From the IMG/VR virus record IMGVR_UViG_3300025121_000282, positions 124,001 to 188,000 of that record: a stretch of DNA of 64,000 bases; one strand, 5' to 3'. Each line of letters begins with the position of its first letter. Position 1 is the stretch's first letter. Below, in pieces: positions 47,495 through 56,221 of this stretch. Made by a program: the position numbers and the translations under genes. The notes beneath the pieces are model-generated. The model searched no databases and was not told the origin of the DNA. It worked only from the letters and a program-made list of their open reading frames with translations.

Positions 47495-48088
47495 ATGAAC
47501 CGCATTGTAACTCTTGACCCTGAGGCCCGGAGACTGATGGCCATCGGTTCGGTAACTGTTGGCCTGAGGGGCAGCGCAAATCTTGCGCGTGCTTTGAGTG
47601 CTCTCAAGACGCCTGAAGAGTCCTCTGAACTGGAGGCCCTTCAGGCGTCTTACCAACTTGGGGTTGCCACAGGTAGCATTACCCTCGCTTTCATGAAGGC
47701 CGCTGCCCTGCACACTCCAAATGACCACAGTGTGTTGGGGGCCATCATCGCCATGATCGAGGGTCTCTCATCGCTTCGCGATGAAATGACTGAAACGCTG
47801 GCGCCTTTCAACAACCTGCTCAGTCAGGTGCTCGCTGCAGTTCAGAATTTGGAGTGGGGCACTGACCATGTTCGCGTCAATGGAGACACAATTCACATCG
47901 AAGTGGGCCTCGGTGTGTACTTGACAGTGAATATGGACGAAAGTGGGAAGTGCAAGGTTTGGTACCTAACGAAAGACCGCCACTACCATATTGAAGTGAA
48001 TCACCCCGAGATTGGGTCTCGTGACATCTTTTCTTGTCAAAAAGTTTTTGCGGGGGCTCTGGTTGCTCTCGGGGTTGCGATGGCATAG
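47495..48088 (+). CDS. hypothetical protein
   Basis: Promoter at 47434; AGGAG SD. Confidence 0.7.
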   Translation: MNRIVTLDPEARRLMAIGSVTVGLRGSANLARALSALKTPEESSELEALQASYQLGVATGSITLAFMKAAALHTPNDHSVLGAIIAMIEGLSSLRDEMTETLAPFNNLLSQVLAAVQNLEWGTDHVRVNGDTIHIEVGLGVYLTVNMDESGKCKVWYLTKDRHYHIEVNHPEIGSRDIFSCQKVFAGALVALGVAMA

Positions 48089-48332
48089 TCGGTCTTAGGG
48101 GGCAAAAGATGCAAGTATTGGTTACAAAATGCTGGGGCAATAAGCACGGTTTTTACTACCGACTCGTCCTCTCTGATGGGAGGAAAACAATCGTACCCGG
48201 GACGAGTTGGAACGAGTCGGTAATTGCCGAGGCTTTGAACCGTCTCGCTTCTGTGTATCGCCTCAGAAGCAAGAATGTCAGGTTCTTGTTGGGGTATTCC
48301 TGATCCACGCCTATTACAGATAATGAGTTGAA

Positions 48333-48680
48333 ATGAGCCTTTATTGGTGTACCCGGCATGCTGCGCACCCTCCCGGTTCTGAGGGGTATGCTGACTCTTT
48401 CCTCCGACGAGAGGGAGTTCTGATTCAGGCGGGCTATGAGGAAGCGGCATTTGATGCTATGGAGAGCATGTACCCAAATGACTGCTTGGAATCGCCACTT
48501 AAACTCAGGTTTATGGTGTCACCATTCAAAAAATGGTACGAAGCATACCGGAAATGGGTCTCAGCAAACGGATGGTGTGCTAAGTGTACTCGTCCGTGGC
48601 AAGAAAGTATCTGCATCTGTGGGAATTTCCACAGAGTACCAGAGGGGCTCTTTTGTCTTACGGACGAAGACGTGGGTTGA
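48333..48680 (+). CDS. hypothetical protein with zinc-binding C-terminus
   Basis: CAKC...CIC. Confidence 0.55.
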   Translation: MSLYWCTRHAAHPPGSEGYADSFLRREGVLIQAGYEEAAFDAMESMYPNDCLESPLKLRFMVSPFKKWYEAYRKWVSANGWCAKCTRPWQESICICGNFHRVPEGLFCLTDEDVG

Positions 48681-48697
48681 CCCCACGTCTTCGTCCG
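48661..48697. repeat. perfect 16-bp inverted repeat whose loop is TTGAC
   Basis: CGGACGAAGACGTGGG-TTGAC-CCCACGTCTTCGTCCG. Confidence 0.9.
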
Positions 48698-48742
48698 GTG
48701 AAGAATCCTAGACATCAATCAACTATAAGGACATTATTCACA

Positions 48743-49090
48743 ATGAAGACCGCTTACCTCATCGCCACCCTGGACACCTCAGTCTGCCCTCCCATCGTTG
48801 TCAAGGTCAACACCTACTCCGAGGCCAACCCTACGGTCATGGGGCGGATGACAAATGCGGTTCTGCTCAGCGTGAATGGCTCAGACCTGGATGAGGCCTT
48901 CGACACCATCGAAGTCACGGTGAGGAACCACCCGTCGTATGCCTGGGTCAAGCCCTACATGCCCAAGACCGAGAATGGGCGTAACGATTTTACGGCCTCA
49001 ATCCGATTTCAGGACTACCTCCGCGGTTTCAAGTCCCGGATGGTCTGCTGGAGCCGAACCCGTACTGCTGCCAAGCTGCTGAAAGGGTAA
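48743..49090 (+). CDS. hypothetical protein
   Basis: AAGGA SD. Confidence 0.7.
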   Translation: MKTAYLIATLDTSVCPPIVVKVNTYSEANPTVMGRMTNAVLLSVNGSDLDEAFDTIEVTVRNHPSYAWVKPYMPKTENGRNDFTASIRFQDYLRGFKSRMVCWSRTRTAAKLLKG

Positions 49091-49095
49091 ATCCG

Positions 49096-49440
49096 ATGGA
49101 AGTCACTGATGAGAGAAAAGTGTATGTTGTCCACCACAACATTGGTATGCCAGAGGCATACCCTGGTACTTACGTTGCTATGTGTCTGATCGAGGCCACA
49201 GCAATTCGACTTGCCAGGGGTAAGGGCCCTCAGGGTGCTAATGACGACATTTCCCACGCTTGCGCCAAACTGATTGATGGAACGTGGTACGCCCCGATCA
49301 CACTGCTGAAACCCACAGACGAGGACACAAGACATCAAAATCACAAAGACAGTGTGGCAGCAGTGATGGCTAAAGCCCGCGCAGCAGGCCTAACCAGCGA
49401 AGAAATCTCCCTCTTGAAGTCTGAAGGATTAACAAAATGA
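49096..49440 (+). CDS. hypothetical protein, distant paralog of 19647..20102
   Basis: VYVVH...A.RLARGKG..G...AGLTSEEI..L. Confidence 0.7.
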   Translation: MEVTDERKVYVVHHNIGMPEAYPGTYVAMCLIEATAIRLARGKGPQGANDDISHACAKLIDGTWYAPITLLKPTDEDTRHQNHKDSVAAVMAKARAAGLTSEEISLLKSEGLTK

Positions 49441-49718
49441 ACCTCGCCGAGAAGTATACTGGCAAGACGTTTGTTTTCCATTCCCCGTTCGAGTCGACTC
49501 CCGGCTGGAAGGATGGAGACAGGGGAGAACTTGTCCGACTGATTCCCGAAGGAACGGAGGGCGTGGAAGAGGGCGTTGGTGACCTGTGGATTGGTCGCAA
49601 TCTGGGCTCTGGTGAAGAACATCAGCTTTGGGGTGGAGAAGCCTTCACCGAAACTGGCGAACCTGTAATCTACGAGCACGCGTTCACAAACTGGAAACCG
49701 TCTACGTCGAGAAAGTAA
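49437..49718 (+). CDS. hypothetical protein
   Basis: ATGA overlap. Confidence 0.6.
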   Translation: MNLAEKYTGKTFVFHSPFESTPGWKDGDRGELVRLIPEGTEGVEEGVGDLWIGRNLGSGEEHQLWGGEAFTETGEPVIYEHAFTNWKPSTSRK

Positions 49719-49721
49719 CAC

Positions 49722-50399
49722 ATGGACATTTATCTTGTGCGACATGGCGAGTCAATGGGCAATGTGAACCACAAGGTTCATGAAACCACAGCCGACCACG
49801 CCATCCCGCTTTCATCTGATGGTTTCATGCAGGCTGCAAAAGCGGGAAACTGGCTCAAAGACAATCTCCCCGACCGGAGTTCTCTTGGATTTTTCAGCCG
49901 GGGTCCTAAGAGAACCCACAGGCGGTTGTGGAGTTCCCCCTACCTTCGTACCCGTCAAACGGCAAAGGTCATTCACGAAGTGGTTGGGGAACCTCTGATC
50001 ACGGATTATAAGGAGCACGTCCTGCTTTGTGAACAGCAATTTGGGCTCTTTGACGGTGTGCCTGATGAGGAGTTGCCGGTCAAGTACCCAAACGAGCATG
50101 CCCACTACGCAAAGTGCGAAAAGTTTGAAGGTCGCTTTTTCGCCCGTCTTCCGCTCGGAGAAAGTAGGTTTGATGTAGCTCAGCGAGTACATCAGGCATT
50201 TGGCACTCTTCATAGGGACGCTCAGCGGAATAACATTCACGACCTTGTCATTGTGGCCCATGGGGTGACAATCCGCGCTTTTGTGATGATGTGGTTCAAC
50301 CTACCTTATGAATGGTTTGAAGCTGAACCCAACCCGAAAAATTGTTCAATCCGCCATATTACTGACGGTAAAGACAAGGGTTATGTCTTCACTCCGTAA
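49722..50399 (+). CDS. histidine phosphatase (phosphoglycerate mutase-like) family protein
   Basis: LVRHGES, SSPYLRTRQT, L.EQQFG, GES, VAHG. Confidence 0.9.
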   Translation: MDIYLVRHGESMGNVNHKVHETTADHAIPLSSDGFMQAAKAGNWLKDNLPDRSSLGFFSRGPKRTHRRLWSSPYLRTRQTAKVIHEVVGEPLITDYKEHVLLCEQQFGLFDGVPDEELPVKYPNEHAHYAKCEKFEGRFFARLPLGESRFDVAQRVHQAFGTLHRDAQRNNIHDLVIVAHGVTIRAFVMMWFNLPYEWFEAEPNPKNCSIRHITDGKDKGYVFTP

Positions 50400-50471
50400 T
50401 TGACGGTATGTTCTTCTGTGTGAATTATACTGTAGAGACAGTAATCAACCAATTATAGGAACTACCTAAAA

Positions 50472-50972
50472 ATGCAAAATGCTCGCGTACTCGTTTTCGT
50501 TGACGGGGCCAACATCATGGCCCAGGCGCAAGACTTTTCTCGTCGCCCCAACTTCCGTACGTTGATCGACAGTTGTGTGGGCCACAATTTCCTGGTAGAC
50601 GCCTACGTCTACCTTCCGCTTCCCCACACCAATGGGGAGGGCGTTCTCCGCTTTCACGACCACCTCCGCTCCATGGGGTTGCAGGTTGTCGCCAAACGGG
50701 CGAAGATGCTCCCTGACGGGACCACCAAGTGTGACATGGACATGGAACTCGGGATGGACGCCATGGAACTGTGCCAGGACATCAAGCCCGACATGATGGT
50801 CCTGGCCTCGGGTGACGGGGACTTTGCCCCGCTCATCCAGCGTATCCGTCGTCGTGGAATTGTGACGGCTGTGGCGTCATGCCATGGTAGCTTAGCCAAC
50901 GAGCTTCGGCTCGTCTCCCAGAATTTCGTTGACCTTACCAAGTGGCGTGAATCTCAGAAAGAAAACCAGTAA
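50472..50972 (+). CDS. NYN domain (LabA/DUF88, PIN-like) nuclease
   Basis: FVDGANI, K.D.D..L..D, LASGDGDFAP, S...L. Confidence 0.85.
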   Translation: MQNARVLVFVDGANIMAQAQDFSRRPNFRTLIDSCVGHNFLVDAYVYLPLPHTNGEGVLRFHDHLRSMGLQVVAKRAKMLPDGTTKCDMDMELGMDAMELCQDIKPDMMVLASGDGDFAPLIQRIRRRGIVTAVASCHGSLANELRLVSQNFVDLTKWRESQKENQ

Positions 50973-50998
50973 TTACAACCATAGGGGGCTATTTTAGT

Positions 50999-51259
50999 AT
51001 GAAAACTTTTACAATCTCGGTAACTGTAACCCTAAGCTTCGATGTCATTGCTCTCAACCAGGAAGAAGCGGTGGTAAAGGGGCAGAAGGAACTGAACCGT
51101 TTTGCCTCCAGAAATGATGAGGACCCTGTTTTAGCAGTATCGGAGCTTCTGTCACCCTATTTCAACACGCTGGACACCCCTGAGATCAACCTGTGGCACA
51201 TCACGGACGAGACGGATGGCCCTGGTGTGTCTGACGACAGTGACGTGGAGGGAAAATAA
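50999..51259 (+). CDS. hypothetical protein
   Basis: V.A.NQEEA motif. Confidence 0.6.
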   Translation: MKTFTISVTVTLSFDVIALNQEEAVVKGQKELNRFASRNDEDPVLAVSELLSPYFNTLDTPEINLWHITDETDGPGVSDDSDVEGK

Positions 51260-51261
51260 AA

Positions 51262-51888
51262 ATGAATCCGTTTGGACATCTTGCACTCGCACTCAGCAAG
51301 ACCAATGGTCCTGCCAAAGGTATTGACGAGGCTGTCGGAATCATGAATGCCGTCAACATCGGACTGATTCCTGATTGTGACGTCTTCCGCAAGGCACTCG
51401 CTGCGTGGGGGATCGCAATCAAGGGGAAGGGTGACAACATTAGCAAGATGATTGGATCAGAGCGGACCATGAAAGTGGACCTGCCCAACGGTTGGGAAGC
51501 CCGACCCCATGGTAGTGGTGGCCATAACGCTCTTTTCGACAACTCGGGGGCAACCCGACTCCGGTGGCACATTCACCCCTGGGACCCCATTGCAACCTGG
51601 GTTGAAAATCGCTATTCGATCCGCACCGAGGACCTGTCTGTCTCGAAGGTGGTTTACCGGATTCTCGATGGAGCGGTGGTCATCCATACTTTCCCGTTCG
51701 AATACCCGCACGCTCGAACCATTGCTGACCGGGAAGGTGGAAGGACCTATTACAACCAGCCTGAAGACCGTCAGCAGAGCCGTGCAAATTACATGGCGGG
51801 AGAGGCCGCCCAGGAAATGGCCTCAAAATGGCTCGATGAAAACCGCCCGGGGTGCCGTGATGCCTTGAAATCGTGGAGCATCGATTGA
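51262..51888 (+). CDS. hypothetical protein (208 aa)
   Basis: GGAGG SD. Confidence 0.7.
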   Translation: MNPFGHLALALSKTNGPAKGIDEAVGIMNAVNIGLIPDCDVFRKALAAWGIAIKGKGDNISKMIGSERTMKVDLPNGWEARPHGSGGHNALFDNSGATRLRWHIHPWDPIATWVENRYSIRTEDLSVSKVVYRILDGAVVIHTFPFEYPHARTIADREGGRTYYNQPEDRQQSRANYMAGEAAQEMASKWLDENRPGCRDALKSWSID

Positions 51889-51935
51889 CTTGACGTCTTG
51901 TAGGGTGAAGACTCGTAACAAGGAGTTATAACCCT

Positions 51936-52640
51936 ATGGTCATTTCCGTCGTTTCTGATGTCCACTGTGAGCACGACACCACAAATAAGCTCGCAGCCAT
52001 CCGAGAGATGCCCAAGAAAGAGTTTCTTGTACTGGCAGGCGACATTGGCACCCGGTCGAGCCTGGAGGCCGCTGTTGAGGCCTTCTGTGGCCGCGCAAAC
52101 CATGTCATCATGGTGGCTGGAAATCACGAAGCGTGGGGCCGCACCATTCAGGCTTCACTCGACCAGTGTAAAGAACTGGAATCAAAGTTCCCCAATTTCC
52201 ATTTCCTGAACAACAGTTCCGTCGTGATTGATGGCCAGCGATTCGTGGGCACTTCGTTGTGGTTCCCTGACCACCCTCTCAATTTTGCGTTTCATCATCT
52301 GGATAACGATTTCGCGCGCATTGACAATTTCGTATCTGACGTGTATGCTCACGCGACTGCAGCCAAACGTTATCTGGAAGGAGCCGTTGACACAGACGAT
52401 GTGGTCATCACCCACCATCTTCCGAGCCATGAGTCTGTACACCCCCGGTTCCGTGCGTCTGAGGGAAACAGGTTTTACGTCCACGATGTTTCCCGACTGG
52501 TAGAATACGCTCAGCCGAAGCTGTGGATTCATGGTCACACCCACGACCCCGTGGACTACATGATTGGTGATACCCGAGTAATTTGCAATCCGATGGGGTA
52601 TTATATCTGTCCGATCACAACTGTTGACGTGGAGCAGTAA
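51936..52640 (+). CDS. calcineurin-like metallophosphoesterase
   Basis: SDVH, LAGDI, GNHE, THH.P, HGHTH, NP.GY. Confidence 0.9.
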   Translation: MVISVVSDVHCEHDTTNKLAAIREMPKKEFLVLAGDIGTRSSLEAAVEAFCGRANHVIMVAGNHEAWGRTIQASLDQCKELESKFPNFHFLNNSSVVIDGQRFVGTSLWFPDHPLNFAFHHLDNDFARIDNFVSDVYAHATAAKRYLEGAVDTDDVVITHHLPSHESVHPRFRASEGNRFYVHDVSRLVEYAQPKLWIHGHTHDPVDYMIGDTRVICNPMGYYICPITTVDVEQ

Positions 52641-52641
52641 G

Positions 52642-52920
52642 ATGAACAAACTAACCATCCGTAAACCTACCACCATTCCGCCCGATGTGTACACCCCATC
52701 AAACGATGTTTATGACGGCGATCGGTTGGTTGCGCGCATTCGGGCAACCCACCATATGGGTAGATATCAGATCCTGTGGGTCTTGGGTTGTAGTGGGCTA
52801 AACGCAGAAAAGGTCCCCCAAAACCCCATGTTGATGGAAGAAATCAAATCCGCAATTTGGAAGTTGTGGTCTGAGATCGGGTCTGTGGCTATGGGGGTTG
52901 AAATCCCATCAGTTGATTAG
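52642..52920 (+). CDS. hypothetical protein
   Basis: GGAG SD. Confidence 0.6.
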   Translation: MNKLTIRKPTTIPPDVYTPSNDVYDGDRLVARIRATHHMGRYQILWVLGCSGLNAEKVPQNPMLMEEIKSAIWKLWSEIGSVAMGVEIPSVD

Positions 52921-52960
52921 TGGATTATAAATTTATAAACAGAAAAGGAACACAACAGCC

Positions 52961-53176
52961 ATGAAACTCGAATTCATGACAGTCAAAATTGCAATCCGAA
53001 CGGCCGGGTCCCACAAAACCGGTGCCGATGTGGTTGACTCATGCAACGAACACTTCCGGGCCCTTCGTGACGCGGGCGCCATTGTGGACTGGTGTTACAA
53101 CCCGGATGGCATTGATGGACATGAGACGGTGGAGGCGCCTGAGCCGTACGTGGAAGACAGCGTGTGGTTCCTGTGA
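52961..53176 (+). CDS. hypothetical protein
   Basis: AAGGA SD. Confidence 0.6.
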   Translation: MKLEFMTVKIAIRTAGSHKTGADVVDSCNEHFRALRDAGAIVDWCYNPDGIDGHETVEAPEPYVEDSVWFL

Positions 53177-53421
53177 CTCAAGCCGAAAAACTGACGAAAG
53201 CGTTATTGCTCAGATTCCTCAACCAAAGCTTCGCCTTTGGCTACAACACTACCGTCGAGGTAAAGGGCAAAGAGTGGGATGTTACTTTGAATCAGAAGGG
53301 CCAGATTGTGCTTCGTCCGGTTGATGGCAAGGGTAAAGTCATCAGAATTCACATCACCTTGACAGAACTGCACCCGATTCGACGGGGCGAAGACCTGTTT
53401 AATTTACTCTCGGGGCTGTGA
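53164..53421 (+). CDS. hypothetical protein
   Basis: Tiled ORF. Confidence 0.55.
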   Translation: MVPVTQAEKLTKALLLRFLNQSFAFGYNTTVEVKGKEWDVTLNQKGQIVLRPVDGKGKVIRIHITLTELHPIRRGEDLFNLLSGL

Positions 53422-53425
53422 GAGT

Positions 53426-53980
53426 TTAATTGCCTAAACGCTTGAGGGGCTCACCATTGCGGGTGTATACAGCCTTCTTCTCTACCAAAGACTCAAGCCC
53501 CTTCTTGATTTTATCTTTTGCTTTCTCGCTGAGAAAACCGTTTTCATAATCAGTAGTGTCACCCTCAGAAAGCATGATGTGAACTGAATGCCCAGCAAAA
53601 CTTGGGGCATTCGGCACGTCTCCAAACAACTGGAACTGGTGTTCGTTGCTTAGTGCCTGGAACTTGACGTTCACCTCAGGTAGAAGCCTGCTAACATACT
53701 TTTTAAACTCTTCCTCTAATTTTCGAAGAATAGCTTTGTCGGCCTTGATTTCGTTCCACACAGACGGACCAATGAGGCCTGCCAGCTTCCCGAGCCTTTT
53801 GTAGTCCGAAATTAAGCCATCAATGTCCTCAATTTTTGAGGCTTCTGGCTTCGGAGAGTCTACCACTGTTTTGATAGCTTCCAACAGTTCTTGGGGAGAC
53901 AGCCTCTTAAAGTATACCGTGCGATTTGGCTTGTCCGAACTACCAACTACAGCTTTCAGAGCAGATGCTAGTGTTTTCAT
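53426..53980 (-). CDS. hypothetical protein with the shared N-terminal leader
   Basis: GAGG SD; MKTLASALKAVVG. Confidence 0.7.
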   Translation of the reverse strand: MKTLASALKAVVGSSDKPNRTVYFKRLSPQELLEAIKTVVDSPKPEASKIEDIDGLISDYKRLGKLAGLIGPSVWNEIKADKAILRKLEEEFKKYVSRLLPEVNVKFQALSNEHQFQLFGDVPNAPSFAGHSVHIMLSEGDTTDYENGFLSEKAKDKIKKGLESLVEKKAVYTRNGEPLKRLGN

Positions 53981-53992
53981 TATAGCCTCTGA

Positions 53993-54415
53993 TTATTTGA
54001 ATAGCTTGGTAAAATGATTTGGCCGCATACCCTCGGGTCCTACCCGACGTTCAAATTCCTTTTCTAGGGAAGTTTCTCTTCTTAACTTTGCAATGTCTCC
54101 AGCCTTTATTGTAAAGCTCGTGCCTCTGGAATCAGTAACCAGAGGTACGCTCTCGCCTGTTTCCATACGAGGATAAATGCTGGTGGCTGTTGTAAAACCT
54201 TTTCCATCAGCTGGAAAGATAATCGAATACAACCCCATACTCGGGGACCCGCCATCTCCAAAATCCACTACTCCCACTTTCCCTGTGTGTGGGATGTCTC
54301 GACCGTTGTTATCTTTTACCGAACCCTCTAATCTAAAGAATCCAACACCTAAAGAATCATACTCTGTTTTGTCAGCAGCAATTACACTTCTTAAGGCAGC
54401 AGCTAGTTTTTGCAC
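53993..54415 (-). CDS. hypothetical protein with the shared N-terminal leader (GTG start)
   Basis: AAGGAG SD shortly before GTG 54415; MQKLAAALRSVIA. Confidence 0.7.
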   Translation of the reverse strand: MQKLAAALRSVIAADKTEYDSLGVGFFRLEGSVKDNNGRDIPHTGKVGVVDFGDGGSPSMGLYSIIFPADGKGFTTATSIYPRMETGESVPLVTDSRGTSFTIKAGDIAKLRRETSLEKEFERRVGPEGMRPNHFTKLFK

Positions 54416-54522
54416 GGTAGTTTTCTCCTTTGTTATAAATCGTACAAACTCATTAAAGCACAACCAGATTGACGCTGGTATACGTCAGGTGAAGAGTTAT
54501 AACAAAGGAGGGTTATAACAAA

Positions 54523-54753
54523 ATGAATTCCAAGGACCTCGCAATTTTCGCCAAGTGTGGGGATGGCTCCTTCCTTCCCAGGTACGAGACAGAGATGGAC
54601 TCCGTCCTTAAGTTGGTGGATAAGGGGCTACTGGAATCTGATCCGAGAGGGTACACACCCCTGCTGGACAACCCCAATCGTTCAGTGTGTTCTGTTCGAC
54701 TCTCTCCCCGAGGCGCCCGTGTCCTTGAGGGGGTCTTGAAAATCCTGGACTGA
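54523..54753 (+). CDS. small winged-helix-like protein (tandem paralog 1)
   Basis: KD..IFAKCG...LP......LV...L...SV.L.P.G....G.L.IL. Confidence 0.7.
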   Translation: MNSKDLAIFAKCGDGSFLPRYETEMDSVLKLVDKGLLESDPRGYTPLLDNPNRSVCSVRLSPRGARVLEGVLKILD

Positions 54754-54760
54754 TTAAGGG

Positions 54761-55003
54761 GTGTACTTTATGGCTTCTGCCAAAGATATGATCGTTTTTG
54801 CCAAGTGCGGCCTAGTTACATACTATCTTCCCGAGGACGAGGAAGAAGACGCGATCGCCTCCCGTCTGGTAAAAGCGGAACTGGTGGTCCGTCGTACTGA
54901 CGAGGGACACTGTTTGAGGGACTCCAGACGGATGGTGGATTCCGTCAAACTGACTCCCAAGGGGTCCATCTTCATGGACGGAATCTTGGCGATTCTGGGG
55001 TAA
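54761..55003 (+). CDS. small winged-helix-like protein (tandem paralog 2)
   Basis: Same motif as 54523..54753. Confidence 0.7.
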   Translation: MYFMASAKDMIVFAKCGLVTYYLPEDEEEDAIASRLVKAELVVRRTDEGHCLRDSRRMVDSVKLTPKGSIFMDGILAILG

Positions 55004-55056
55004 AAGGATTGACCGGTTTCGTTTCCATGTGAAGGTCCCCAGAGGGGATTATAAAA

Positions 55057-55560
55057 ATGTCTGTAGATTTTACCGCCTCTCAGTCCCAGACGACCACCAT
55101 CACCAATCCGTGCGACTTCATCGGGTGCTGCGAGTCTGACCGTTGCGGGTACTGCGACAACGGCATTTCAGAAGAACGGGAACACGAGGCGAGCATCAAT
55201 CTCAGCAACGCTAGCATGGCCAAGCTAGTCTATTTGCTGAACCTTCAAGAGTTCTGTGACTATGAAGAATCACACGGAATCCTTCACACAGCAATGGGTG
55301 GTGTGCGTCAGCGGATTTTCCGGATGAGGAATCAGCCTGAGGCCCGGGAGGCCGCTACGGAAGCCCCGTCTGTTATTACCCCCGGTGGGTGGGCGGGCAT
55401 CCGCACAGAGACGGTGGATGGTGTCATCCAGATACATCGGATGGGCCCCACGATCATCCACTGCGGCGTGACTGATGAGCGGATCATAATGCAGTTGGAA
55501 GCCATGGACGCCATTTTGGCGTGGGCACAGGAACGGAATGACCGGGTGTGGTGGGGTTGA
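55057..55560 (+). CDS. conserved hypothetical protein with a Cys cluster
   Basis: INLSNA motif; ends V.WG; promoter at 55009. Confidence 0.7.
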   Translation: MSVDFTASQSQTTTITNPCDFIGCCESDRCGYCDNGISEEREHEASINLSNASMAKLVYLLNLQEFCDYEESHGILHTAMGGVRQRIFRMRNQPEAREAATEAPSVITPGGWAGIRTETVDGVIQIHRMGPTIIHCGVTDERIIMQLEAMDAILAWAQERNDRVWWG

Positions 55561-55612
55561 CCCGTAGACCTCGGTATAGAATTATAGTGCTACAACAGAA
55601 GGAGAAACTAAA

Positions 55613-55858
55613 GTGGCGCTCTGGCATGTACTGATTCTTCGCAACGACGACACCGAGGCCACGGACCAGGAAGCGTACGACGTTTGTCACCAGCTTGGGT
55701 GGGGAAAGCCTGAAGGAGTGGAGCATGGGATTTGGCATGTGCAGCCTACCCCTGAGGAAGAGGCCACCCGGGGCGCCCTGTTCGACAACGGTGGCCAGAT
55801 TCCGGATGTGGTGTGTGAAATCGGTGACTCTTCGTATCGGATCGAAATCCCCAATTGA
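55613..55858 (+). CDS. hypothetical protein
   Basis: Promoter at 55557; AAGGAG SD. Confidence 0.65.
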   Translation: MALWHVLILRNDDTEATDQEAYDVCHQLGWGKPEGVEHGIWHVQPTPEEEATRGALFDNGGQIPDVVCEIGDSSYRIEIPN

Positions 55859-55876
55859 CGATCAGGAGAAAAGTAA

Positions 55877-56206
55877 ATGACACCCGAAGATCGAGACCGG
55901 CTGATTGAGGCCGGGGAAGAACTGAAACGTCAGAGGACTCTGGAAACTTGTTTGCGCACCATTGTAATGTTCCAGGGAAGAGAGTGGGCACCTGGGCGCC
56001 CGATGAAATCCCGATACTTTATTGTGAACGTGCCCAAGGACTGGGCCGGGATTGACAATCCGTTTGACCGGGCTCAACACTACATTAACAGTCCTCACCG
56101 GTTTCCGTTGTTTTATGAAATGCATACGGAGTGGGGTCGATTCGATTCCGCCCGCGTTACTGCCGTCCTGCCTGATCTGGGTGATGACGCTGTAGAAATC
56201 ACGTAA
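55877..56206 (+). CDS. hypothetical protein
   Basis: AGGAG SD. Confidence 0.65.
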   Translation: MTPEDRDRLIEAGEELKRQRTLETCLRTIVMFQGREWAPGRPMKSRYFIVNVPKDWAGIDNPFDRAQHYINSPHRFPLFYEMHTEWGRFDSARVTAVLPDLGDDAVEIT

Positions 56207-56221
56207 TTGGGGTTATTCCCC

